From contig JAIORD010000024.1 of NCBI GenBank assembly GCA_021108275.1, forward strand, positions 61,172 to 101,171: 40,000 nt of DNA, given 5' to 3'. This stretch comes from Methanococcoides sp. GTDB taxonomy: Archaea; Halobacteriota; Methanosarcinia; Methanosarcinales; Methanosarcinaceae. The notes under the pieces are model-generated. The model was not told where the DNA came from. It did not search any database and saw nothing but the letters and a program-made list of their open reading frames with translations. Below, piece after piece: positions 1-10,773 of this stretch (position 1 is its first letter; each line of letters begins with the position of its first letter). A program made the translations under genes and the position numbers.

Positions 1-509
1 ATTTCATACACCCGATCTCAGATGGAGTCCCATCCCTTGAACCGGAACTGCTGGATGAGATCGCAGACCATATGATAGATATTGCGGGAACGGATTACGA
101 CAGGATAGTATCCATCGAAGCAATGGGAATTCCACTGGCAACTGCACTTTCAATGAAGACAGGTAAACCCATGTCCATTGTCAGGAAGAGGCAATACGGA
201 CTTGAGGGTGAGGTAATCCTTTCACAGAGCACGGGCTATTCAAAGGGCGAGCTTTACATCAACGGAGTGAGCAAGGGCGAGAATGTCCTTGTTGTGGACG
301 ATGTTATCAGCACCGGTGGCACATTGAAAGCCCTTCTTCCGGCACTTGAGAACATGGGTGCAAATATCTGTAATGTTATCGTGGTCATCAGCAGAGGCGA
401 TGGTGCTGCAAAGATGAGCGATATGGGTTATAATGTCAATACCCTTGTGAAGATAGATGTCGATATGAGCGGGGTCTCTATTCTGGAGGTGGCCGGTGAG
501 CAGCAGTGA
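1..509 (+). CDS. Purine phosphoribosyltransferase (archaeal Hpt/Apt-like), 5' end outside the window
   Basis: The frame of ORF 72..509 stays open back to the window edge ([23 protein letters not shown]...). PRPP-binding motif [13 protein letters not shown] is present. Confidence 0.75.
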   Translation, partial: FIHPISDGVPSLEPELLDEIADHMIDIAGTDYDRIVSIEAMGIPLATALSMKTGKPMSIVRKRQYGLEGEVILSQSTGYSKGELYINGVSKGENVLVVDDVISTGGTLKALLPALENMGANICNVIVVISRGDGAAKMSDMGYNVNTLVKIDVDMSGVSILEVAGEQQ

Positions 510-1491
510 GCCTTTCGATTTTCAGATAGACCATATCATTGGGATAATAAGGAAAGTGCAACCTGAGATAATCGGGCTACAATTTCCAGAAGGGTTCAAG
601 AGGCGAGGTCCTGCTATTGCTTCAGAAATCAGTGAAGCCACAGGTGTGGAGATCATCATTTCTGCGAATCCATGTTATGGTGCTTGTGACCTCGACATAC
701 CCATCCTTGAAAATGTTGACCTGCTTTTCCATTTCGGACATGCTCAACTTGATGATAACAGGTATAGCGACAAGGTCATTTTTATAGAGACACGCTCTGA
801 TGCAGACGTCAGGGATGTTGTCCTCAAGGCTTTAGAGGAACTCCATGGGAAGAAAGTGGGACTTCTGACCACTGTACAGCATGTCCATAAGTTGCCAGAG
901 GTTCGTGAGATCCTTGAGACCAACGGCAAGGTCGTAGCCATAGGAAGAGGCGACAGCAAGATCGCGTACGCCGGACAGGTGCTGGGATGCAATTTTTCGG
1001 TTGCTGACGACCTGGACTGTGAGGAGTTCCTGTATATTGGCAGTGGAGGGTTCCACCCGCTCGGGGTTTCGCTTGCTACCGGAAAGAGGGTCCTTATTGC
1101 AGACCCATTCTCAAAGGATGTGAGGGAGGTAGACCCGTCCCTTATCATGCGCCAGCGTAGTGCGGCCATTGCGAAGTCACTGGATGCCGAGTCTTTCGGG
1201 ATCATTGTTTCCAGTAAACCAGGGCAATACAGAATGGAACTTGCCAGGGAACTTAAAGAACTTGCCGAGGAGAAGGGCAAGACCGCTTATATATTGATAC
1301 TCGACCTCATCACCCCTGACCAAATGCTGCAGTTCAAAGTGGATGCTTTTGTGAGCACTGCATGTCCGCGACTTGCTGTGGATGAGGTGGGAAGGTTCTC
1401 CGCACCCATGCTCACCCCACAGGAATTCGAAATAGTTATAGGAAAGCGTGAGTGGGAAGACATGGTCTTTGATGAGATAAGGGGAGACTGA
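496..1491 (+). CDS. dph2: Diphthamide biosynthesis enzyme Dph2 (2-(3-amino-3-carboxypropyl)histidine synthase)
   Basis: 331 aa with Dph2-like blocks ([22 protein letters not shown]). GTG start overlaps the upstream stop. Confidence 0.8.
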   Translation: MSSSEPFDFQIDHIIGIIRKVQPEIIGLQFPEGFKRRGPAIASEISEATGVEIIISANPCYGACDLDIPILENVDLLFHFGHAQLDDNRYSDKVIFIETRSDADVRDVVLKALEELHGKKVGLLTTVQHVHKLPEVREILETNGKVVAIGRGDSKIAYAGQVLGCNFSVADDLDCEEFLYIGSGGFHPLGVSLATGKRVLIADPFSKDVREVDPSLIMRQRSAAIAKSLDAESFGIIVSSKPGQYRMELARELKELAEEKGKTAYILILDLITPDQMLQFKVDAFVSTACPRLAVDEVGRFSAPMLTPQEFEIVIGKREWEDMVFDEIRGD

Positions 1492-1496
1492 GGATC

Positions 1497-2108
1497 ATGA
1501 AGCAACGCAAGCTCGAGATCCTGCTTGAAAAGGTAAGGGGGTTTGAGAAGCCTAATGTTACCCTGGAACAGTACCCCACCCCGGCTTTGCTTGCGGCGGA
1601 GATGCTTCATTTTGCGTTCATGAAGGGAGATCTTGAGGGTACGGTCTATGACCTGGGGTGCGGCACAGGAATGCTTGCCATCGGTGCAGCTGTCCTTGGT
1701 GCTGAGAGGGTCGTGGGATTCGATTCAGACCCGGGAGCACTGGAGATCGCCCGGGAGAATGCTGAGATGATCGGTGTCGATGTGGAATTCGAGTGTAATG
1801 ATATCAGACAGGTCAGAGGACATGCAGATACTGTGGTCATGAATCCGCCTTTTGGTGCACAGGTAAAAGGAAGTGACAGACCTTTCCTCAAAACCGCATT
1901 GAGAGTGGCGGATGTGACGTATTCCATACACAATAGTGGAAGTCTGGCGTTCGTGAAAAAGTTCATTCAACCTGCGGTCATCACGGAATGGTACAATACT
2001 GGATTTCCGATAAAACGAACATTTAAATTCCATAAAAAAGATGTAGAAAGAATTGAGGTTGAAATTTACAGGATTATTACAGATAATTGCCAGGCCGAAC
2101 AAAAGTAA
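1497..2108 (+). CDS. Class I SAM-dependent methyltransferase, METTL5-like (NPPF motif)
   Basis: SAM-binding motif [13 protein letters not shown] and catalytic MNPPFG motif, as in N6-adenine-type RNA/DNA methylases. Confidence 0.7.
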   Translation: MKQRKLEILLEKVRGFEKPNVTLEQYPTPALLAAEMLHFAFMKGDLEGTVYDLGCGTGMLAIGAAVLGAERVVGFDSDPGALEIARENAEMIGVDVEFECNDIRQVRGHADTVVMNPPFGAQVKGSDRPFLKTALRVADVTYSIHNSGSLAFVKKFIQPAVITEWYNTGFPIKRTFKFHKKDVERIEVEIYRIITDNCQAEQK

Positions 2109-2181
2109 TTGCTGGCGTATTTAAATTATATGAGGGATTCCTATTAGAATAAGAAACCGCAAGAAAACGACCAGAAGGAAT

Positions 2182-2895
2182 ATGAAGTCCCTGGGTGAGA
2201 AGCCAGAGGTCGAAGAGGAAGTATTAGATACTGCCAGTAAAAAGGTAAAAGTGGCAGAAAAGAAAGTAGAGAAGAGGAAAACCGAGACCCCTAAGACTAA
2301 TACGGAAGATGATCACGTGGAAGAGGAACAACATGGAGAGAAGGTCCTGGTAATGCCTGGTGACATTATAGGCACTACCGAGGAATTTGAAGCAGGGGAT
2401 AACACTTACATTGTCAGAGGTGACATTCTTTCACTTGCCACCGGCTTCGTAATGGTGAACAAGAAGAGCAGGACGATATCTGTAAAACCGACCACTAGCA
2501 TGCCACCAACTATCAAAAAGGGTGATATACTGATAGGATCGGTCGTCAATGTACGTGATTCCATGGCACTTGTGCAGATAGAGGGGATCAAGGGTGTCGT
2601 TGACCGTCAGTTCATCAAACCCGGAGTTGCTGCCATTCATGTGTCCAATGTGAAGGAATCATACGTTAAGGAAATGTCAAAGGAGTTCGCTGTAGCTGAT
2701 GTTGTTAAGGCGAAGGTCATCAACCTTGAGAATATGAGGATGACGACTTCTGGAAACGAACTTGGTGTGATGGTCGCAACATGCTCCAATTGTGGAAGTA
2801 CGTTGAAGAAAGAGGATCAGATATTGAAGTGTCCTGAATGCGGACGTACAGAGTCACGTAAGATATCCTCCGATTACGGCACCGGTATTATTTAA
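2182..2895 (+). CDS. csl4: Exosome complex RNA-binding subunit Csl4
   Basis: S1-like central domain and C-terminal zinc ribbon (CSNCGS...CPECG). It sits upstream of rpoL, as is usual in archaea. The K/E-rich N-terminal 57 aa may not be translated; an alternative start M58 lies at 2353. Confidence 0.75.
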   Translation: MKSLGEKPEVEEEVLDTASKKVKVAEKKVEKRKTETPKTNTEDDHVEEEQHGEKVLVMPGDIIGTTEEFEAGDNTYIVRGDILSLATGFVMVNKKSRTISVKPTTSMPPTIKKGDILIGSVVNVRDSMALVQIEGIKGVVDRQFIKPGVAAIHVSNVKESYVKEMSKEFAVADVVKAKVINLENMRMTTSGNELGVMVATCSNCGSTLKKEDQILKCPECGRTESRKISSDYGTGII

Positions 2896-2919
2896 GTTCA
2901 ACAATAAGGAGATTACAAT

Positions 2920-3195
2920 ATGGAACTTAAGATCTTAGAAAAATCTGATGATGAGATGAAAATGGAGATAGCTGGAGAGAGCCATACGCTCTTGAACATG
3001 CTCAAGATCATCCTTCTTGAAGATGAGCGCGTACATACAGCATCCTATGATATGAAACATGTAACGGTCAGTGAGCCTATTCTTTTCATTAAGACAGAGA
3101 ATGCTGATCCTATAGATGTTGTCAAGGATGCAGTGGCTAAATTGATCACAGATTGTGAAGAGTTCACTACAGTCTTCACTAAAGCTGTGGAATAA
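2920..3195 (+). CDS. rpoL: DNA-directed RNA polymerase subunit L (Rpo11)
   Basis: 91 aa; the pattern MELKILEKSDDEMKMEIAGESHTLLNMLK is typical of archaeal RpoL. Confidence 0.85.
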   Translation: MELKILEKSDDEMKMEIAGESHTLLNMLKIILLEDERVHTASYDMKHVTVSEPILFIKTENADPIDVVKDAVAKLITDCEEFTTVFTKAVE

Positions 3196-3252
3196 TATTT
3201 CCACACTTTTTTACTATTTTGACCCATTAGTTGCCACTCTAAAGAGAAGTGA

Positions 3253-4434
<1,182 letters not shown>

Positions 4435-4517
4435 TGGTCTTTCATTTCTTTTCTTTTTTCTGATCCATCCCAGGAGTGCCAACGCTGTTCAAATCGCCCA
4501 CAGAAGACCAAAACAGC

Positions 4518-4528
4518 TTTAATATAAA
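4518..4528 (+). promoter_or_regulatory. Candidate archaeal TATA box of the ancestral tRNA-Gly promoter, now upstream of the truncated attL tRNA half
   Basis: tttaatataaa is centred about 33 nt upstream of the G that matches tRNA position 1 (4556). Confidence 0.35.
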
Positions 4529-4532
4529 ACGG

Positions 4533-4781
4533 CTAAAAGGATATAGAGAAGTTGTGCGACTGTGGTTTAGTGGTATGACCTGAGCTTCCCAAGCTTGCCT
4601 GTTTGATCGGGGAGATTTGTGAGAATGTTGTCCCCGAGTTCAACTCTGCCACCGTGTATAAAACGCTATCATGTGTAGGTGTGTTGGAGAAGACTGATCT
4701 GCATCGCAGGAATTGATGCGACACATGTAGCGCAAGGACAAATGATACCAGCTTACTTTGTGCGTACTGAGAGCTTTTCAT
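4533..4781 (-). pseudogene. int(N): N-terminal part of the partitioned integrase gene, reading through attL
   Basis: The ORF encodes ...SPIKQA-SLGSSGHTTKPQS-HNFSISF. The att-encoded SLGSSGHTTKPQS peptide is read in the same frame at attR, where it continues into the integrase frame. Confidence 0.55.
4555..4596 (+). repeat. attL: 42-bp direct repeat identical to 10913..10954 (5' half of tRNA-Gly through the anticodon arm)
   Basis: tgcgactgtggtttagtggtatgacctgagcttcccaagctt occurs exactly at both positions. The sequences diverge immediately outside the repeat. Confidence 0.9.
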
Positions 4782-5163
4782 TGAGGCTTAGACTACTGGA
4801 GCAAGGAAGGTTACTGAAGAGTTTAATTATATGATGAATAGTAAAGTTGAGTATAGGAAGAATAATTTTACCTGGGGATCTGTTCTTTTGGTTAAGGTAA
4901 GGGAGTTAAGTCATCATCTTGTGGGGAAAAGGAAAACGATTGAGTTCGGTAAGCCTGCTTATGTTGGGAAAAGGGATGATTCCGACTTGCTGAGGAAGAA
5001 GATTTTTGACATGCCTTATTCTGAATGGAAGAAGATAGGGTTCTCTAAGGGTACTTTACACTACATGGAGCAAAATGCCAGAAGTGAGAAGCCGTTTACT
5101 CTCAATGCTCATGTTAGGGAGATATTGAAGACTTGGGACAACGGGCTTAGTGTAAATGGATAG
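4766..5163 (+). pseudogene. cas1: Casposase (Cas1) C-terminal fragment, 5'-truncated and frameshifted; intact 110-codon HTH-region ORF at 4831..5163
   Basis: Nucleotide and protein homology (about 73% aa identity by eye) to the last roughly 130 codons of the intact Cas1 at 12743..13960. There is a 1-nt deletion relative to the intact copy near 4790-4796. Homology stops abruptly at 4766. Confidence 0.85.
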
Positions 5164-5310
5164 CTTACATGTAAACTCAATAGCAGTAACAGGTTTTGCA
5201 TTATGAAAGGCAATATCGATAGCAACAGAGGAGTTTAGTAATATTACTTATATTAATATTCAGGTGCTATATAACCGATAATAATATCACTAATACTCCT
5301 GAAAAGTATT

Positions 5311-7254
5311 TTATTGTACTTTGCATTCTATAGGAATTGTAAATGAGAACGTACTTCCTTTTCCAACTTCACTTTCAACCCAGATTTCCCCGCCATGCAT
5401 TTCAACAAACTTCTTGACAAGTGCAAGACCAAGCCCCGTCCCTTTTTCCACTTTTGTTTCGAATTTATCGACTTGTAAGAAAGGTTCGAAGATAGAAGAA
5501 AGGGCATCATACCCAATACCTTTGCCAGTATCTTCAACACTGAAATGATTCTCATTTCCAACAATTGAACCATTAATTGTTATAGAACCACCTTCTGAAG
5601 TGAATTTAATAGCATTGCTGAGTAGGTTATAAAGTATCTGTTTGAACTTTGTAAGATCAGCGAATATCCACTTCATACCCTCATCAATAGAAAAGTTCAG
5701 ATTAAGGTTCTTTTTAAGGATAAGGGGCATCAAAGAATAGCAGACTTCATCAATTGCATCCAGAGAATTGAATTCTTCGATAATAATTTCCATCTTTCCT
5801 GCTTCTATCTTTGAAAGATCCAGAATGTCATTGATAACCTTCAATAAGTGTTTCCCACTATCCGCAATATTTCCAGTATACTTGATCTCTTTTTCATTCA
5901 GGTTACCGAAAGGATTGCTATTTAGCAACTGTGAGAAGCCGATGATGGAATTAAGAGGCGTGCGTAGTTCATGACTCATGTTTGCGAGGAATTCGGTCTT
6001 GGTACGGTTGGCAGCTTCCGCCACAAGTTTTGCATTGACCATTGCTTCTTCTGCTTTCTTCTGCTCGGTAATATTATCGAATACTACCCCTACGCAATTA
6101 TTTGGTAAGGGGAAGACTTTGACTGAAAATATATTCTCAAGAACTCGTTCATCGACATAGTAAACGTCTTCCAAGACCCTGGACTGACCAGTCCGAACAA
6201 CTTCGGCAAAAGTATGTGGAATATCCCTCTCTCTGAGACCAGGAAAAATCTCATCTATAGTCTTTCCAAGGAGAACTTCATTGGGAACACCTGTAAAATC
6301 AGAAGCTGCTGGATTTGCAGCTATCAGCCTGAGAGTTCTATCATCATCTAAGTTCTCTAAATAATAGACATAAAGCCCTATTCGCACATTCTCAAAGATG
6401 TATGCATACTGTTGAATGGCTTCTTCCACTTTCTTGCGTTCAGTAATATCCTGCATTGTTCCAGACAGCCAAATAGCCTGGCCAGCTTTGTTAAAAGTAA
6501 CCTCACCTTGCGCATGAACAATACGTTCTGAGCTATCGGGCAAAAGAATGCGGTAGTTAATACTATACGGTTTATGTTCATATATTGCCTTATTTATATT
6601 ATCTTGAACAAACAACTCGTCATCAGGATGGACGTACTTTAGAAATGACTCAAAAGTAGTTTCAAATCTCGGGGGTGCCAGCCCAAGGATGTTATAGATC
6701 TCGTTAGATAATTTTACCTTATTTTTGACGAGGTCCCAATCCCAATTACCAAGATGGGAAATCCGCTGTGCATTGGACAAACTGGCCTCACTCTTACGTA
6801 GAGTTTCTTCCATCTGCTTGCGCTCGGTGATGTCTCGTACAGTAACCTGCAGAATCTGTTTATCTTTTAACAAAAAGCGCGTTAGACACACTTCAGCAGT
6901 GAATTCCTCTCCATTTTGTCTGCGGTGAACCCATTCAAACTTGGTAGATTCATTCTTGAAGGCCTCTGAGATTCGATCTTGTGCAGCACTCCACGAATCT
7001 TCCCCATTTGGCTGCTTTGTAGGTGATATTTCGGATGGATGTAATGCAATAAATTCTTCTTTTCCTGAGATGCCGAACATCTTCAGAGCCGCTTTATTAC
7101 AGTCGATGAATCCTTTCTCGTCCATTAATATAAAGACGTCAGAAGATGATTCGAACAGCACATGATAGCATTCATCGTTTAAAATACCTGTTTTTTCAAG
7201 TGTAGAGATTTTAGTCTCTTGTTTTTCCAACCGATTCAAATCATCTTCGACCAT
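5311..7254 (-). CDS. Multi-PAS sensor histidine kinase
   Basis: 647 aa with several PAS-like segments, H-box SHELRTPLN and an HATPase region (GTGLGLALVKKFVEMHGG). Confidence 0.85.
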   Translation of the reverse strand: MVEDDLNRLEKQETKISTLEKTGILNDECYHVLFESSSDVFILMDEKGFIDCNKAALKMFGISGKEEFIALHPSEISPTKQPNGEDSWSAAQDRISEAFKNESTKFEWVHRRQNGEEFTAEVCLTRFLLKDKQILQVTVRDITERKQMEETLRKSEASLSNAQRISHLGNWDWDLVKNKVKLSNEIYNILGLAPPRFETTFESFLKYVHPDDELFVQDNINKAIYEHKPYSINYRILLPDSSERIVHAQGEVTFNKAGQAIWLSGTMQDITERKKVEEAIQQYAYIFENVRIGLYVYYLENLDDDRTLRLIAANPAASDFTGVPNEVLLGKTIDEIFPGLRERDIPHTFAEVVRTGQSRVLEDVYYVDERVLENIFSVKVFPLPNNCVGVVFDNITEQKKAEEAMVNAKLVAEAANRTKTEFLANMSHELRTPLNSIIGFSQLLNSNPFGNLNEKEIKYTGNIADSGKHLLKVINDILDLSKIEAGKMEIIIEEFNSLDAIDEVCYSLMPLILKKNLNLNFSIDEGMKWIFADLTKFKQILYNLLSNAIKFTSEGGSITINGSIVGNENHFSVEDTGKGIGYDALSSIFEPFLQVDKFETKVEKGTGLGLALVKKFVEMHGGEIWVESEVGKGSTFSFTIPIECKVQ

Positions 7255-7391
7255 TTATCCCTCTTCAATTATACTGAATGTGATTTTAATTTAAATTTGT
7301 TGACATATTTAAGGTATGGTCTGCAACAAAATTATGACAGTTCATGTTTTGCCCTAATTATAACTATAATCAAGATTTTTAATCGATAATA

Positions 7392-7444
7392 ATTGAATTA
7401 ACTTCATTCATCACTTTGAGGTACTTATTACCAGTTTCTGTAAT
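7392..7444 (-). repeat. 53-bp near-perfect copy (52/53) of the 3' coding end of the wHTH gene (8678..8730); truncated paralog remnant
   Basis: attgaattaacttcattcatca(c/t)tttgaggtacttattaccagtttctgtaat occurs at both sites. It encodes ...TETGNKYLK(V/M)MNEVNSI on the minus strand. Confidence 0.8.
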
Positions 7445-8204
7445 AGTATCGCAACACAGCATATGACGAGAACTTCTTCTTCCGTATTAGTACCGCTCAA
7501 AGACTGTCAACACTTTTGCTTTCATTATCGGTGTTTTCCGCTTTAGATATCTTAATTTCCAACAAATAGATTATCCCGAATGTTATAAGCAGTTGTGCTT
7601 AAAAGTAAAGGAACCGTTGTCAGTGAACTTATACTCCTTCCTAAAAGAGAACTTAAATTGTATATTAGTAACAAAGAAATTGCAACTAATGAAATGATAA
7701 TCGTTTTTACTTTTATTTCGTGTTTCATTTACTCCCCTCTTCCACACATACATTTTAAACAAATTCCCATTGTTGTTTTGTATACAATTAATTATGTGTT
7801 ATTTATATTTTCCCCTACGTCTTTGTGCATAATGGTCATTTGAGATAATATTATATGACATAATCCAAATTAAAGAGTGAGGGGTTAAAAAACATGGATT
7901 TTACTCAAAGATTTAATTTAAGAATTGTCGAGCTAGTGAGCAAGAATCAAAAAAATATTCGTATATTAGCTATTCTTTTGTTGATAATGACGGCAGGAAC
8001 AAAATTAGCATTAAATATTGATCCAGTATATGCACCCATGGGGACGGTGGGTGGCCTTATTTTTGGTATGAATCTAACATACTATATTTTCCAATGATAA
8101 AGCAAGGCACAAAGCAGGTCATAAACGGTATAATGGCATGCTTAGCCATTCTTTTTTTTATTTTGAAATTCAAACTTCCACGAAATACAAATGCTGTCTG
8201 TTGC

Positions 8205-8285
8205 CTTCCGTATTACATGAAACAGAATACCAAGAATTATAAGCCGTATACTCTTAATACTCATGTGAGTGAGAGGTTGAGAGAT
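8205..8285 (+). pseudogene. cas1: Second, short casposase (Cas1) C-terminal remnant
   Basis: LPYYMKQNTKNYKPYTLNTHVSERLRD aligns with LHYMKQNAMSDKPFSLNAHVKERLEN at the C-terminus of the intact Cas1. Confidence 0.65.
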
Positions 8286-8327
8286 TGCAATGCTCAAAAG
8301 GCTTTATGATAACATCATTAATAACCA

Positions 8328-8474
8328 TTAATCGTCCTTTCTCGTTCTTACAATATCAAGATAGAAATAAAGCATCAATGCGTAAATTCCAACAACAACA
8401 GCGATCGCTCCTGCGATATATCCCACGTGAGTTGAATCGAAGTCTATTATCAGATTCATTGCTTCAGCTTGCAT
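8328..8474 (-). CDS. Possible 48-aa single-pass membrane peptide (below the ORF-track size cutoff)
   Basis: Manual translation gives MQAEAMNLIIDFDSTHVGYIAGAIAVVVGIYALMLYFYLDIVRTRKDD. It has one clear hydrophobic helix followed by a basic tail, and no homology evidence. Confidence 0.25.
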   Translation of the reverse strand: MQAEAMNLIIDFDSTHVGYIAGAIAVVVGIYALMLYFYLDIVRTRKDD

Positions 8475-8637
8475 TTTTGATTCATATCGGCTATCATGTA
8501 AATAGAAATGAATATTATAGAGTCGATTGACGAAACATGGAATAAATATGTTGCCTCTTAGGACATACTTAATGAGTGTATTACAATAATAAAAAATGAA
8601 TAAGTAGCAAAAAAGAAGTCAACTGATTAAGATTGAT

Positions 8638-8967
8638 TCAATTAGTGTTAGCAACACAAAGATTTTTGTCGACAATGATTGAATTAACTTCATTCATCAT
8701 TTTGAGGTACTTATTACCAGTTTCTGTAATGTTGTATTTGTTGGAAGGTTTTTCCACCAAATTTATTTGCATCATCATGTCGAGATACTGATCCGCTCTT
8801 TTAAAATTTAAATTTGCATTATATACTATTGCAGTTTTAGTTACTTCAGATCCTTTTAAGACTTTCAATATATCCACCATTATTTCTAATTTATCTCTCG
8901 TACTCACACCACCTAAAGTTTCCAGAGGGGATGGAGGGAGACAGGTGCGCCTCCCCCATTTAATCAT
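8638..8967 (-). CDS. Winged-helix DNA-binding protein
   Basis: The pattern MVDILKVLKGSEVTKTAIVYNANLNFKRADQYLDMMMQINLVEK is typical of small archaeal wHTH regulators. The true start may be the internal M. Confidence 0.6.
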   Translation of the reverse strand: MIKWGRRTCLPPSPLETLGGVSTRDKLEIMVDILKVLKGSEVTKTAIVYNANLNFKRADQYLDMMMQINLVEKPSNKYNITETGNKYLKMMNEVNSIIVDKNLCVANTN

Positions 8968-9152
8968 ATAGTAGAGCCAACACCACCACGACTTTCATCC
9001 ATTGAACGTACCCCCGTACCCCAATTAACAAATCGTACATAGCTCGTAATATATAATAGTAGGTTTATAACATATAAACTCTCCGAATGTTTTTCGAATG
9101 TCATTATACTCATTATAATGAGGTATGGTTAAACAGGTAATGTTGATAAAAA

Positions 9153-9587
9153 TTATGAAATAAGATGATTAATGTTATCCATTTCATTTGATATAATCTT
9201 TTTAATGCCATGATTGCCTTTTTCCATAACCATATTAATCGCAACGGAAATATCTTCATGAGTAAAATCGTGGTTGATTAAGAGATGAACTACAGCATCA
9301 TGCCCATCCATACCCATTAAAATATGTGATTCCAATGCTGATGCCCATTTACATTCATTTGAACAAAAATAAAACACCTCCTCGGTATAAACTCCATCAA
9401 TATTTTCTCCATGGATTAGTTTGTGGTTGAGTGATTCCGATTCAAGTTTTTCCTTGCAGAAATTGCATCTATGCTCCAGAGATTTTATTTCCTCTGCATC
9501 TTTCTGTATACAGCATTTTTTGTATTTCTTCCCACTATTGCAGGGACATGGTTCATTCCGTCCAATCTTCATTCTATCACCGAACAA
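9153..9587 (-). CDS. SEC-C metal-binding motif protein
   Basis: N-terminal [18 protein letters not shown] (SEC-C zinc motif). The remainder is uncharacterised and has further Cys pairs. Confidence 0.6.
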   Translation of the reverse strand: MFGDRMKIGRNEPCPCNSGKKYKKCCIQKDAEEIKSLEHRCNFCKEKLESESLNHKLIHGENIDGVYTEEVFYFCSNECKWASALESHILMGMDGHDAVVHLLINHDFTHEDISVAINMVMEKGNHGIKKIISNEMDNINHLIS

Positions 9588-9658
9588 GAATTAAATTAGA
9601 TGTATTTATAGATTTTTTTACGTTTACTTTTGTTAAATTTCAGGTTAGCAACATCGTG

Positions 9659-9934
9659 GGAATTTGATGCGACACATGCATCGCATGAATAATGCGTATC
9701 CATGTATGTACAGGGTAGATATTCCTATAGATGTCTTTATTCTTCAGGGGGATTTGCAATCTCCAGTTCGTATAAGGGTATTGTCATAACATTGTCAAAA
9801 TATATATTTCTCCTTCGGAAATGGTGTGTGTATGATCCGTGTCGCAAGGTGGGTGCTGCTATACCCATGTCGCATGGATAATTACGTTTAACGTGTGTCG
9901 CAATGATCCTGATACGTCCAATGTGTCGCATATG
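9659..9934. promoter_or_regulatory. Cluster of TGTCGCA/TGCGACA short repeats (candidate iterons or recombinase-accessory binding sites)
   Basis: gatgcgacacatgc (9666-9679), cgtgtcgcaagg (9838-9849), catgtcgcatgg (9865-9876), gtgtgtcgcaatg (9892-9904), atgtgtcgcatatg (9921-9934). A near-copy of ggaatt(t)gatgcgacacatg lies at 4708-4726 near attL. Confidence 0.4.
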
Positions 9935-10083
9935 TATTGAATAACGTCTAAATATAACCAAACGTGACTTGAGCCAGGGATTAGGGCTTGGGAAAAATTA
10001 AAACCTACATATGGACAGAATTGAACTGATACTATCCATAGCGTAGGGTCATATGTCTATACATGCACGCAATGATGATGTTA

Positions 10084-10773
10084 TCATGGTTTACGGGTAT
10101 TGATTATATCCTGTAGATTGGCAGATACTTTAGCATACGCGACCGTGGAATTGTTGAGCTTGTCTAGGTAGTTGGTCATTAGCACGGATCCATCTGTATG
10201 TCCGATCATATACTGGATCAGGGATTCTGATATACCCGCCTTGACGCATTGATCCACAAAAAAATTCCTACAATACTTCAACCCCATACCCCGTATCCTG
10301 ACATATTTCTTGACTGCGTCGATACTGATGTTAGGCTCTCGGTGTAAGGTTTCGGCAAATTCCGCGGGCATGAACGCTTTATTCGAATGTTTTTTCCCAC
10401 GGCTCCAGTCAATGTCATAGTATGCAACGTCACCCTCGATATGTAAGCACTTAACGTCAAAATTTTGGACGATAAAGATACCTTCGGTCACGCGTACACC
10501 ACTGTATAGTAAAAGTTCCATAAATTGCCGATACGTTGAATTTTGAACCGATCCCAGTACATTCTGGACATCATTTATACTCGGTACCCACGTATCTCGA
10601 TTGGTTTTCTTCATAGGCAGTGGTTTTTTCCATTCTATGGCCTGTTGCGATGTGATCAGTCCCTGATCCTCAATGAAATTGATGAAATTTCTGACTGCTT
10701 TGGCATATCCGTTCCAACCCTTTTTGACAGTGGATGATATTTGAACGATGTCGCGTCGGTCCTGAAGTGTCAC
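10084..10773 (-). CDS. Tyrosine recombinase/integrase, C-terminal catalytic part (int(C))
   Basis: Catalytic-type blocks LLYSGVRVTEG (Arg), YCRNFF, IGHTDG (His) and TNYL (Tyr). The frame stays open upstream to attR apart from one TAG at 10822-10824. Confidence 0.8.
   Translation of the reverse strand: MTLQDRRDIVQISSTVKKGWNGYAKAVRNFINFIEDQGLITSQQAIEWKKPLPMKKTNRDTWVPSINDVQNVLGSVQNSTYRQFMELLLYSGVRVTEGIFIVQNFDVKCLHIEGDVAYYDIDWSRGKKHSNKAFMPAEFAETLHREPNISIDAVKKYVRIRGMGLKYCRNFFVDQCVKAGISESLIQYMIGHTDGSVLMTNYLDKLNNSTVAYAKVSANLQDIINTRKP

Noticed and set aside
4610-4638. Inverted repeat cgggga...tccccg just inside attL, superficially like the CCCCG...CGGGG casposon target
   Set aside because: The arms are in the opposite order and the loop sequence is unrelated to cacagcaagt. 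No TIR-like sequence is adjacent.
5164-5310. Expected casposon TIR downstream of the Cas1 fragment at 4766..5163
   Set aside because: No sequence resembling ...ttacctatat or the gtacaaaaaaa core was found. The fragment appears to have lost its terminus.
7595-8530. Small plus-strand ORFs in the AT-rich segment (7595..7843, 7894..8097, 8094..8309, 8285..8530)
   Set aside because: They are AT-rich with low-complexity or hydrophobic translations and no recognisable motifs. 8094..8309 is open only because it runs into the Cas1 remnant. They are not called as genes, though 7894..8097 could be a small membrane protein.
9737-9961. 74-aa minus-strand ORF across the iteron region
   Set aside because: It is built largely from the TGTCGCA repeat cluster (HMRHIGRIRIIATHVKRNYPCDMG...), with no RBS or family resemblance. 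It is more plausibly non-coding regulatory DNA.
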